NCBI GenBank assembly: GCA_019058295.1
Contig: JAHPZI010000028.1
Coordinates: 64,001-128,000, forward strand
Source: Promethearchaeota archaeon
GTDB lineage: Archaea > Asgardarchaeota > Lokiarchaeia > Sigyniarchaeales > SOKP01
DNA length: 64,000 nt
Direction of reading: 5' to 3'
The notes beneath the pieces were generated by a model that was not told where the DNA came from, ran no database searches, and was given only the letters and a program-made list of their open reading frames with translations. A program made the translations under genes and the position numbers. Numbering within the stretch: position 1 is the first letter of the stretch; every line of letters begins with the position of its first letter. Below are positions 51,036 to 60,512 of this stretch, piece by piece.

Positions 51036-51932
51036 ATGATGTTCTTTGAAATTCTGGATAAATTAAAAAGGAAAAGCGCCTCGTTAATAATATATTGCTT
51101 GTTGGATAGAATTCCAATAATTGTGTTTGGAGACAATTCTGATGAAATAGACGATTTTTTAATGGAATTATCAAACCTTATTCATTTTCGAAGAGAATAT
51201 GTCTTTAATACGGATTTTATCTCGATTGAGGACTATAATAATTTAATTCAAACCGAAGATATGGATTATAATTCTGAGAGGGTACATATAAGATGCTCTA
51301 GCAATGTCGCCATGAAAGCTTTAAATCAATTTGATGAAATTAATTCTTGGATTATAGGCGTAGTAGCTCCTAAACACAAGGAGAATTTAGAAGAGATAAA
51401 AAATCTAATTAAAGAGAAGTCAAAAGTATTTCTGAGCATTTTCCTCTCAGATGACACGATTTCTGTAGAATTAGAGGGGACCGATTTAAAATTAATTGAT
51501 CTTTCATTAGAAGAAAATATACTACGGAAGATTTCTGAAGATACAGAGAAATCTATAGTAAAAATGAAAAGAGTTTTATCTGAGAGAACTAAATCAGACA
51601 AACTTAGTAAAGAAATGATTAAAACTCTATTAGATTTTGAAACAGAAAAGAATGAATTAATAAAGAATATCTTTAAAAAAGAAATTCAAAATTTCTATTC
51701 AGGGTCAAAAAGAGCTTTTTTCATTTTATCTAGATTAAGATTATTGACCACTATGGAAATTGAAACTATAATTGGAACCAAAACACTTTTTGATACAATA
51801 GATTACGATGAAGCTACGATAAATCGAATTCTTTCTTTTATTAATCGAGAATGGAAAGAAGATTTTTCCGATTTAATCGAATCTGGCAAAAAGGTAGACA
51901 TAGGGGATAAAATTCAAAGCCTCTGGGGTTAA
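51036..51932 (+). CDS. Possible cDENN-like domain protein
   Basis: LIIYCLLDRIPIIVFGDNSDEIDDFLMELSNLI and WIIGV resemble the DENN core. Confidence 0.5.
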   Translation: MMFFEILDKLKRKSASLIIYCLLDRIPIIVFGDNSDEIDDFLMELSNLIHFRREYVFNTDFISIEDYNNLIQTEDMDYNSERVHIRCSSNVAMKALNQFDEINSWIIGVVAPKHKENLEEIKNLIKEKSKVFLSIFLSDDTISVELEGTDLKLIDLSLEENILRKISEDTEKSIVKMKRVLSERTKSDKLSKEMIKTLLDFETEKNELIKNIFKKEIQNFYSGSKRAFFILSRLRLLTTMEIETIIGTKTLFDTIDYDEATINRILSFINREWKEDFSDLIESGKKVDIGDKIQSLWG

Positions 51933-52066
51933 AATTATTAATTATTGCCGTTTATTTTATAAATACAAATAATTATGATTTATTTATAAAAAAAAACATC
52001 TAATTTATTATCGCTTATAATTTCTTCAAAAAAACTTTAATTTTTACTAATTCAAGTGGATATATA

Positions 52067-54466
52067 ATGAAATCTGAGGCTATATTAAAAAGAACTTTAA
52101 GATTGAAAAACAATCTATTGTCAAGTCCTTACGAGATATGCATAGAACGAATCAAATCTGTTACCAAAATCTATAATGAAAATAAAGAAGACCCTGAAAT
52201 CATAAAAAAGGCCAAGGCTATTGCTCATTTATTAAGAAATATGACGATTTTTATTCGAGACGATGATTTACTAGTTGGGAACGAAACCAGCAAAAATTTG
52301 GCAGAAAAAATCAATTGTGATTTATTTTCTTATGAAGGGGCTTTTGGTAAAAGAGATAACGTCAAAAAATTTGTAGAAAGAAAACTCCAACCTTTTAAAA
52401 TTGAAGATCATGAAATCGATGAATTATTAGAAATAATTCCAATTTGGAAAGATAAGGCTTTATATAGCAATATAATATATCAACGACTATTAAAAGAGAA
52501 TTTACTTTCAGGAAATGGTTTAAATGCATCAATGGCACCTAGTATCGCCGTTTTATCGGGAACCAATGAAGGTCATATATCAATGGGATACGAAAAACTT
52601 TTAAAATTAGGCTATAATGGAGTTATTAAAGAGGCAGAATCGTATCAAGAACTTCTAGATAAGAACGATCCTGAATATAAAAAAAAAAATGACTTTTACG
52701 AAGCTGTGAAGATATATTATACAGCTGCGATGAATTACGCTAGGAGATATTCAATTTTAGCTAATTTAATGTCTCGAGAAGAAAAAAATCAACAGCGTAA
52801 GAACGAGCTTAATTTAATCGCCAAAACTATGAAATCTATCGCAATTGAACCTCCAAGTTCTTTTTATGAAGCAATTCAATATATTTGGTTTACTCAAAAT
52901 ATTGCTAATATCATATTTTCTAGAAGTGTATTAGCCTTAGGGAGATTAGATCAACTACTGTGGCCATATTATCAAAAAGATTTGAGAGATAATAGAATAT
53001 CACAAGATTTTGCCCTCGAATTGATTGAAGAATTGAATTTAAAATTAACTTGGAATTGTACATTATTACCTACGGATTACACTACCATATCGAACGCTCT
53101 CGGTTTGAACACGCAAACTATTACAATATCAGGTATGGATAAGGAAGGAAAAGATGCTACAAATGAGATTTCGTATCTTTTTCTAGAGGCCTATAAGAAC
53201 ATAAAATCTCTTACGTCGGATTTATCCATTAGAGTTCATGAAAATACTCCTAAAAAATTTTACATTGAGTGTATAAAGGTGTTCAAAACAACTTCTGGAA
53301 TCGCTTTTTATAACGATGATGTAATAGTTCCAGCTCTAGTTAAATCAGGGTATTCCTTAGAAGATGCTCGTGATTACGTCCTTATTGGATGTGTGGAACC
53401 AACCGGTCAAGGGAATTCTTTTGCAGCGACAGGAAGGATGTTTTTGAATCTACCTGGTGTGTTAGAATTTACTTTAAATAATGGATTTAGTAATGTATCT
53501 AGACAAATAGACGGTTTAGAAACAGGAGATCCCGGAGATTTTGCGACATTTGAGAGTTTCTATGATGCTTTTGCTCGACAGCTCCATTTTAATGTCGAAA
53601 AAACTGTGAAAATTGCGAGAATAGGGGATGAAGAAGTGATAAAATATTTCCAACAACCCTTTGTTTCTGCAAGTCTCGAGGGTTGTATGGAAAGTGGGAA
53701 AGATTACACTTCTGGTGGGGCTAAATATAATTTTTCTTCTATAACCGCTTATGGTTTTGGGACTTTAGTTGACTCTTTTTACATTATAAAAAAGATAGTT
53801 TATGATGAGAAAATAATGTCTTTGCCAGAATTAATTGAAATATTAAACTTAAATTTTAGAAGAAAAGAAAATATTCGGCAAAGTTTTATAAATAAATATG
53901 AAAAATGGGGCAATGATAATGACGATATCGACAAATTAGCAGTAAGATTGTGGGATACTTTTTGTACTGAAGTTGTTAAACATAAAACCATAAGGGGTGG
54001 TCATTATAATCCTGGAGCTTATTCAATGGGAATACATGTTATGATCGGCTTTATAACAAGAGCGTCAGCTGATGGTAGAAAAGCAATGCGCCCCCTTTCA
54101 AATAGTTTATCACCTGTAAATAATGTTGAAAAAAGTGGGATCACAGCGACACTTAACTCTATAGCTAAATTAAATTATGAATTGGCCGCCAATGGTGTAG
54201 CTGTTAACGTACGATTTCATCCCCTAAACTTTGAAAACGATGAAAATGTAGAAAAATTTTATCATCTCTTAAATGGATATTTCGGTTCAGGGGGAATGCA
54301 AATTCAACCTACAGTTGTTTCGACTGAAACCCTTAAAGATGCTCAAAAACATCCTGAAAATTATCCCGATTTAATTGTAAAAGTCGGAGGATATAATGCA
54401 ACCTTTGTTGATCTAGGAATCCCAATTCAAATGGATATAATCGATCGTTTAGAAAACAATTTGTAA
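52067..54466 (+). CDS. Glycyl radical enzyme (PFL superfamily, single-Cys GCVEP class)
   Basis: GRLDQ, IGCVEP, ADGR, DAQKHPENYPDLIVKVGGY. Confidence 0.92.
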   Translation: MKSEAILKRTLRLKNNLLSSPYEICIERIKSVTKIYNENKEDPEIIKKAKAIAHLLRNMTIFIRDDDLLVGNETSKNLAEKINCDLFSYEGAFGKRDNVKKFVERKLQPFKIEDHEIDELLEIIPIWKDKALYSNIIYQRLLKENLLSGNGLNASMAPSIAVLSGTNEGHISMGYEKLLKLGYNGVIKEAESYQELLDKNDPEYKKKNDFYEAVKIYYTAAMNYARRYSILANLMSREEKNQQRKNELNLIAKTMKSIAIEPPSSFYEAIQYIWFTQNIANIIFSRSVLALGRLDQLLWPYYQKDLRDNRISQDFALELIEELNLKLTWNCTLLPTDYTTISNALGLNTQTITISGMDKEGKDATNEISYLFLEAYKNIKSLTSDLSIRVHENTPKKFYIECIKVFKTTSGIAFYNDDVIVPALVKSGYSLEDARDYVLIGCVEPTGQGNSFAATGRMFLNLPGVLEFTLNNGFSNVSRQIDGLETGDPGDFATFESFYDAFARQLHFNVEKTVKIARIGDEEVIKYFQQPFVSASLEGCMESGKDYTSGGAKYNFSSITAYGFGTLVDSFYIIKKIVYDEKIMSLPELIEILNLNFRRKENIRQSFINKYEKWGNDNDDIDKLAVRLWDTFCTEVVKHKTIRGGHYNPGAYSMGIHVMIGFITRASADGRKAMRPLSNSLSPVNNVEKSGITATLNSIAKLNYELAANGVAVNVRFHPLNFENDENVEKFYHLLNGYFGSGGMQIQPTVVSTETLKDAQKHPENYPDLIVKVGGYNATFVDLGIPIQMDIIDRLENNL

Positions 54467-54590
54467 TAAAAGAACGTAAAAATTTATTTTACATAGGGTT
54501 TAAATATAGTTTTTTTTATTATAGAACTATTATTTTCTATTCTATTAATTTGAATAACAGTAAAACCATTAAATAAAAAAAGGGTTAATT

Positions 54591-55322
54591 ATGGAAGATA
54601 TTGAGATTCTTATAGGTATTTTTAGTTTAATTTTTTGTTTCATTGCAACTTTAATAGGGCTTCTTATCGCATCAAAATATCGTAAATATAAACAAAATAC
54701 TTTGCTCTATGTGGGAATTTCAATGCCCGGATTATCATTACCATGGTATCCTAGTTGCATTTCATTTTTAATGGCACTGATCACCGGTGAAGGGCTACCG
54801 CCTCAAATTTATTTCTTAATCGGAAATGCTTTTATTCCAGTTACATTATTACTTTGGATATTAGCATTTACAGAAATTATTTTAAAAAAAAACAAAAAAA
54901 TAAAAAAAATAATAATTCTAATAGTATACACTGTTATAGGAATAATATTTGAGATCTTTTTGTTTTATACCGTCTTTACAGACTATAATTCAATCGGAGA
55001 ATTAAAAGGATCTGTTGATGTTGAATATTACGGAATTACAAGATATTACTTAATGTTCACCTTATTAACATTATTTATTTCAAGTTTATTTGGTATTATT
55101 GAAAGTATTAAATCCGATAACGCTGATATTAAGTTAAAAGGAAAATTTCTTCTGGCTGGAATTATTTTATATACCATTGGTGCAATATTTGATGGATTTA
55201 TACCTCAAACATTCGTTACATTACCAATAGTAAGAATAATTTTAATTACAAGTATTCTCATGTATTATAACGGCTGGATTTTGCCTAAGGCAGTGAGGAA
55301 CCTGTTTTTAAAGGAAAAATAA
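54591..55322 (+). CDS. 7TM membrane protein (paralog 1)
   Basis: 7 hydrophobic segments; highly similar to the next gene. Confidence 0.75.
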   Translation: MEDIEILIGIFSLIFCFIATLIGLLIASKYRKYKQNTLLYVGISMPGLSLPWYPSCISFLMALITGEGLPPQIYFLIGNAFIPVTLLLWILAFTEIILKKNKKIKKIIILIVYTVIGIIFEIFLFYTVFTDYNSIGELKGSVDVEYYGITRYYLMFTLLTLFISSLFGIIESIKSDNADIKLKGKFLLAGIILYTIGAIFDGFIPQTFVTLPIVRIILITSILMYYNGWILPKAVRNLFLKEK

Positions 55323-55458
55323 GATAATTATAATTAATTATAACCTTTTGTTAATTTCTTTGTATTGATTTAAATAAAAGTTCTAATATTTATTAATTAA
55401 AAAAATCTTTTTCTTATTGAATAAGATTATTGAACATTATTAAAAAAAAGGGTTAAGT

Positions 55459-56178
55459 ATGGAAGATATTGAGATTCTCATTGGTAGTTTTAGCTTAATT
55501 TTTTGTATTATTTCAACTGTTATAGGTCTTATTGTCGCATCAAAATATCGTAAATATAAACAAAATACTTTGCTTTATGTGGGACTTTCATTGCCTGGAT
55601 TAGCATTACCATGGTATCCAAGTGCCATTTCATTTTTATTGGCACTGGGTACCGGTGATGGGCTAACCGCTCCAGTTTATTTCTTGATCGGAAATGCTTT
55701 TGTTCCAATTTCATTATTTCTTTGGATGTTAGCATTAACAGAACTTATTTTTAAAAAACACCAAAAAACAATTCTAATAATATATATTGTTATAGGTATA
55801 ATTTTTGAAATATATTTTCTTTATACCCTCTTTACAGACTATACTGAAATCGGAGAATTAAAAGGAGCTGTTGAATGTACATATCACGGAATTACAGAGA
55901 TTTACTTAATATTCACGTTATTCTCAATATTTATTACAAGTGTATGGTTTAATATTCATTGTTTTAAATCTGATGATGCTGAAGTTAGGTTAAAAGGGTT
56001 ATTTCTTATGATTGGTCTGATTTTATATGTCATTGGTGCTATCGCTGATGGATTTATACCTCTAGACTTCATTACATTACCAATAATAAGAGTGATTTTA
56101 ATTATTTCGATGATTATGTACTATCACGCTTGGATCCTTCCGAATTATGTGAAGAAACTATTTTTAAAGCAAGAATAA
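55459..56178 (+). CDS. 7TM membrane protein (paralog 2)
   Basis: Shares MEDIEILIG, ASKYRKYKQNTLLYVG, LPWYPS, YFLIGNAF and WILP with paralog 1. Confidence 0.75.
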   Translation: MEDIEILIGSFSLIFCIISTVIGLIVASKYRKYKQNTLLYVGLSLPGLALPWYPSAISFLLALGTGDGLTAPVYFLIGNAFVPISLFLWMLALTELIFKKHQKTILIIYIVIGIIFEIYFLYTLFTDYTEIGELKGAVECTYHGITEIYLIFTLFSIFITSVWFNIHCFKSDDAEVRLKGLFLMIGLILYVIGAIADGFIPLDFITLPIIRVILIISMIMYYHAWILPNYVKKLFLKQE

Positions 56179-56321
56179 GACAATTTTAATTATTTATACC
56201 ATTTTCTTAATTTTTTTTTATTTTTTTTAAAATAAAAGCTTCATACGCTTTCTTATTATAATTTGAATAATAATTTGTCACACACTATATCAATAAATCT
56301 TATTTCTACTAATTTTTTAAT

Positions 56322-57578
56322 ATGACAGTTCTAACTAATGATGATATTAGTTATATTACGAGGATACTGTTATTATTGAATGATAATATTAAAGATTCCT
56401 CTGTCTCTCGTCAAGGTCTCTCTAAACGCATGGATATGAACCGTAATTATCTTGAGGATTTACAAAAAAGAACAGGCAAGTACGATCAATACATTAAATT
56501 TTTTGATTTAGCCATAAACATTCTCTTAATTGATAAAGATAATTTCAAGTTCAAATCTAAAACACATTACGAGAGATTTAGGGAAGGTTCTTTAGAGCTA
56601 ATATTTCAAGAGATGGTTAGAAAAGGTGTTTATTCGGATGAACTAGTTATCAATTTACAAAAAGCTCAATTTAAAGCTATAAATTATACTCTTTATGCGT
56701 TAACAAAAGCTATGTATAATAAGTTTTCTGAAGATGAGCTCAATCAATTGAAAGAAGGACGGTCCAATAAATTTTTATATTCAATGACTCGGCTTAGTAA
56801 TGATATTGGGGGAGTGGAAACTCTCTCCCAGACTTTGCGTTATGAAATGTTTATAACCCCTGAGAAGATTGCTCTAATTAAATCAATAATAAATCAGTAT
56901 GAGGCATTTGCGTTTGATGAATGTAGATATGCTAAAGAATTAATGGAGGAGATCCCAAGATTAAGAACTAGTAAACGTTCTGCATATATCGGAAGAACAT
57001 CTCATCCAATTTTAGAAAATTTTTTCAGAAAAGTGTGGATCTTAAAGATGAAGATACGATCCAATCACGAATTTGAATTTAATAAACCTAGAAGTAACCA
57101 TAGAATAGATACTTTCTTAGATGTTAGAAATCAGAAGCAATTAAAAGACTTATTAAAAATCTCTTCTGACAAATCTTTAAAGAATTATAAGACATTGTTT
57201 ATTGATTATATTATCCCCTCTTTAAAAGCTCTAAAAAAATGTGTTTTTAGTAAGTTAAGTCCTGATAAACATTATCTTGCTAAAGATCGTGCTTTAATTA
57301 TTGTTTTCTATAGTTCCTATAGCGATAAAATCTTTGAAGAAATAGAGAAACTACTCAATAAGTCGAGTATTCCATATAAAAATAATGTTAGATTCATAGA
57401 TATAATGGATTTTGCTGATTTGTTTAATCTTGATGAATTAAATATTCAGAGATTAAAAGATATAAATAGGATAATCAAGGATGCTATGCTGGGGAATGAT
57501 AAATCTTTAGAGACTCTAGAAGCTATGTCTAATTCTGCTTTATATGAACTTAGTAGAGCTGATAAAAGAAAGAGCTAA
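56322..57578 (+). CDS. Hypothetical protein, possible HTH + PD-(D/E)XK-like domain
   Basis: SRQGLSKRMDMNRNYL HTH-like; IGRTSHPILE, HE..RID, FIDY, K..Y. Confidence 0.5.
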   Translation: MTVLTNDDISYITRILLLLNDNIKDSSVSRQGLSKRMDMNRNYLEDLQKRTGKYDQYIKFFDLAINILLIDKDNFKFKSKTHYERFREGSLELIFQEMVRKGVYSDELVINLQKAQFKAINYTLYALTKAMYNKFSEDELNQLKEGRSNKFLYSMTRLSNDIGGVETLSQTLRYEMFITPEKIALIKSIINQYEAFAFDECRYAKELMEEIPRLRTSKRSAYIGRTSHPILENFFRKVWILKMKIRSNHEFEFNKPRSNHRIDTFLDVRNQKQLKDLLKISSDKSLKNYKTLFIDYIIPSLKALKKCVFSKLSPDKHYLAKDRALIIVFYSSYSDKIFEEIEKLLNKSSIPYKNNVRFIDIMDFADLFNLDELNIQRLKDINRIIKDAMLGNDKSLETLEAMSNSALYELSRADKRKS

Positions 57579-57771
57579 CCAAGAAAATTTTTCTTAATAA
57601 TTAGTGTTTTCTAAATTAGGATAAAATCACTAATCTTTATATTTCTTTATTATATATTAAATTAGTTCCATAATATTCTAAACATTTATTAGAACTAAAT
57701 ATATAAGTGATAAAGGATTTTTGATATGATAAAGAAGAATACAATATTAACGAAATATAAATATTGCCAGC

Positions 57772-57883
57772 GCCAGCGTATAAAACTTATAGTTAATATA
57801 AGTTTACGCAACCGAGTAGTAAGGAGGCGGCCTGCAGAGCCGTTGCGCAAGCAGCGTGGGTGCAAATCCCACCGCTGGCTCCA
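57772..57883 (+). tRNA. tRNA-Cys(GCA) with 30-nt intron (57782-57811) at 10/11, 12-nt variable arm and encoded CCA
   Basis: Acceptor GCCAGCG/CGCTGGC, U73, CCA; anticodon arm GCGGC-CTGCAGA-GCCGT; T arm GTGGG-TGCAAAT-CCCAC; the D stem TCCG/AGGA forms only after intron removal. Confidence 0.88.
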
Positions 57884-57938
57884 TTTTATTAATAAATAAG
57901 TAGTTTAAACTTGATTTTTTGGTGATCTCAATATTTTG

Positions 57939-59369
57939 ATGGTTTATAATAGCTTGACATTCCAGAAAGAGGAATTCAAAACAATCAAACCAAATGAAGT
58001 TCTAATGTATGTCTGTGGTCCCACGGTGTATGATAGCCCTCATTTGGGGCATGCTAAATCTGCTGTTGCTTTTGATCTTGTCCATCGTTATTTAAAGTTC
58101 AAAGGCTATAATGTGAAATTAGTAAAGAATTATACTGATATTGATGATAAAATAATACAAAGAGCAAATGAAAGGAACATAGATTTTAATTCATTAAGCG
58201 AGCAATATATAAAAGAATACGAGGATATCATGAATGCTTTAAACGTCGAAAAGGATTATATGAATCCACGAGCTACGGAAACCATCGATTTTATGATTGA
58301 AGTAATTCAAGGATTAATCAAAAATGAGCATGCGTATGAAAGAAATGGTTCTGTATATTATTCTGTTAAAACTTTTCCAAAATATGATTCGATATTTCAG
58401 AATGTAAAAAAAGGAGAGATACACGATGAAAATGAGGATATTGAAGATCAGGATATTGCCTATGGAGATGATAAAGAAGATCTCCGAGACTTTGCATTGT
58501 GGAAAAAACACAAAGAAGGAGAACCTTATTGGGAAAGTCCCTGGGGTAAAGGTCGCCCTGGATGGCATATTGAATGCTCGTCCATGTCAGTTAATATATT
58601 AGGTGAAACTCTTGATATCCATGGAGGAGGTCAAGATTTAAAATTTCCACATCATCGAAACGAAATAGCTCAATCAGAAGGGTATACAGGAAAGAAATTT
58701 GCAAATTATTTTATGCACAATGGCTTTGTTAATGTAGATGATGAAAAAATGTCAAAAAGCCTCGGAAATTTCTTTTTAGTTTCGGAGGTTATAAAAAATT
58801 ACGACCCAATGGTAGTAAGACTATTTCTATTTTCAAGCCATTATCGAAGTTCTATCAATTATTCTTTAGACAATATGAATCAAGCTAAAAAAAACTACAA
58901 TAGGCTTTTAAGTACTATTAGAAATATCCACGAGCTAAATATAAAAGATATTTCTTCTAAAAATATTAAAGAGTTGATTTTAGAAATCGAAAAGGCAGAA
59001 AAATCAATTATCGAAGCTATGGATGATGATTTTAATACTCCCATTGCTCTTGCTGAGTTCTTAGGATTATTTAGAGTAATAAACAGAGAAGTATTAGAAA
59101 ATAAAGTACCTATTAATAAAGATTTCAAGGATAAATTCTTTAATTTTGTAGATAATATGAATAAGATATTTGGTTTATTTCCAAATCTAAAAAGCCAATT
59201 AACACTAGGGGATGAGGTATCTCTTGATGAAAAGGGAACTACTATTCAGAATTTATTGAAAATTATTTATGATGTTAGAGCAGAGCTGAGAACCCGAAAA
59301 ATATATGACTTAAGTGATAAAATCCGTGATAAATTAAAAGAATTAGGCATTAATATTGAGGATAAATGA
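57939..59369 (+). CDS. cysS: Cysteine--tRNA ligase
   Basis: YVCGPTVY..PHLGH, DFALWK, GRPGWHIECS, FPHH.NE, KMSKSLGN. Confidence 0.97.
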   Translation: MVYNSLTFQKEEFKTIKPNEVLMYVCGPTVYDSPHLGHAKSAVAFDLVHRYLKFKGYNVKLVKNYTDIDDKIIQRANERNIDFNSLSEQYIKEYEDIMNALNVEKDYMNPRATETIDFMIEVIQGLIKNEHAYERNGSVYYSVKTFPKYDSIFQNVKKGEIHDENEDIEDQDIAYGDDKEDLRDFALWKKHKEGEPYWESPWGKGRPGWHIECSSMSVNILGETLDIHGGGQDLKFPHHRNEIAQSEGYTGKKFANYFMHNGFVNVDDEKMSKSLGNFFLVSEVIKNYDPMVVRLFLFSSHYRSSINYSLDNMNQAKKNYNRLLSTIRNIHELNIKDISSKNIKELILEIEKAEKSIIEAMDDDFNTPIALAEFLGLFRVINREVLENKVPINKDFKDKFFNFVDNMNKIFGLFPNLKSQLTLGDEVSLDEKGTTIQNLLKIIYDVRAELRTRKIYDLSDKIRDKLKELGINIEDK

Positions 59370-60038
59370 TTAAAATTTGGCCAATTTTATTTTTCCATTA
59401 TAATACAGCATTTTTCCATCAAAACTAACTTGTACACAGATAATATTGATTTTTTTTTTTCTTGCCTCACTTAATTTTTTAGAGAATTTAGGATCTGTTT
59501 CCCAATTAGGAGCGAAGCTGTCCGCTTTTCGGAATATCAAGAATAATATTATTCCTTTATGTTTAATTATTTCTTCTACATGACGTGTTCCCCGTTCTGT
59601 TGGAGCATCTGGAAATAATGCAAGACCATTTCTCACTAATGTACATCCTTTGACTTCTAAAGGTGTTCCATCTAGTACAAAATCAATTCTGCTCTTTCCT
59701 ATAGTAATTTCCTTATTTATCTCTCTTATTTTTGAGAATTCAGGTAGATAAGAAAAAATTTTCATGGCTATTTTTGAATGTTGTGCACTATCAATTAAAA
59801 CCCATTCGTTGTTATGTTTAACGGCTTTTATGTAGTATTTCAATTTACCACTTGAATTAGTAAAAAGCACTTCAGCCCCCTTAATTAGTAATTCCTTCAA
59901 GCGTCCAGGATCATGGACATGCGCACTTTCCACCCTTCCCTCATATTTAATTTCAGCAATAAAACGGTTCGGTCGGGATAAAAATATGCCTTTCTTTAAA
60001 TTATGTATCTCAAAAACAGGATTTTTTATTTCTTCCAT
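59370..60038 (-). CDS. sfsA: DNA/RNA nuclease SfsA
   Basis: RPNRF, HVHDPGRLKEL, SRIDF, EVKGCTL, FPDAPTERG.RH. Confidence 0.93.
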   Translation of the reverse strand: MEEIKNPVFEIHNLKKGIFLSRPNRFIAEIKYEGRVESAHVHDPGRLKELLIKGAEVLFTNSSGKLKYYIKAVKHNNEWVLIDSAQHSKIAMKIFSYLPEFSKIREINKEITIGKSRIDFVLDGTPLEVKGCTLVRNGLALFPDAPTERGTRHVEEIIKHKGIILFLIFRKADSFAPNWETDPKFSKKLSEARKKKINIICVQVSFDGKMLYYNGKIKLAKF

Positions 60039-60154
60039 AAATACTTCTCTTCTTTAAAATTAGGTCTATCTGATAAATTATTCGTCAATATTAAAAAATT
60101 GCTTTATGAAATATAATATAAAGAGATAAAAGGATTTCTTATTTAAGATTACAT

Positions 60155-60394
60155 GTGAATAAAGCAAATAATACGGAGACAGTAGAGAGTTATCGATTTC
60201 ACCATATCGACACTAATAAATGTCGACAATGTACGAGTTATGATTGCGAAGAAGCTTGCTTTAGAGGGATTTATCACGTTATCAATAAAGGTTCAGAACC
60301 TAAATGCATTGTTATAGAAGATCGTGAAGATAGATGCATAAAATGCCATATTTGTACGACACAGTGTAAATATGGCGCCATAAAAATAGATTAA
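60155..60394 (+). CDS. 4Fe-4S dicluster ferredoxin
   Basis: CRQC....CEEAC and CIKCHICTTQC. Confidence 0.85.
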   Translation: MNKANNTETVESYRFHHIDTNKCRQCTSYDCEEACFRGIYHVINKGSEPKCIVIEDREDRCIKCHICTTQCKYGAIKID

Positions 60395-60512
60395 AGTCAT
60401 TTTTTCTTAACGATTAAAAATTTTATTTGACAATCTAATTTTTAATTTATAAATTATAAATTGTAAAAATCAATTTCTTATATAATAGATATAAATTAAA
60501 ATTTGAAATAAA

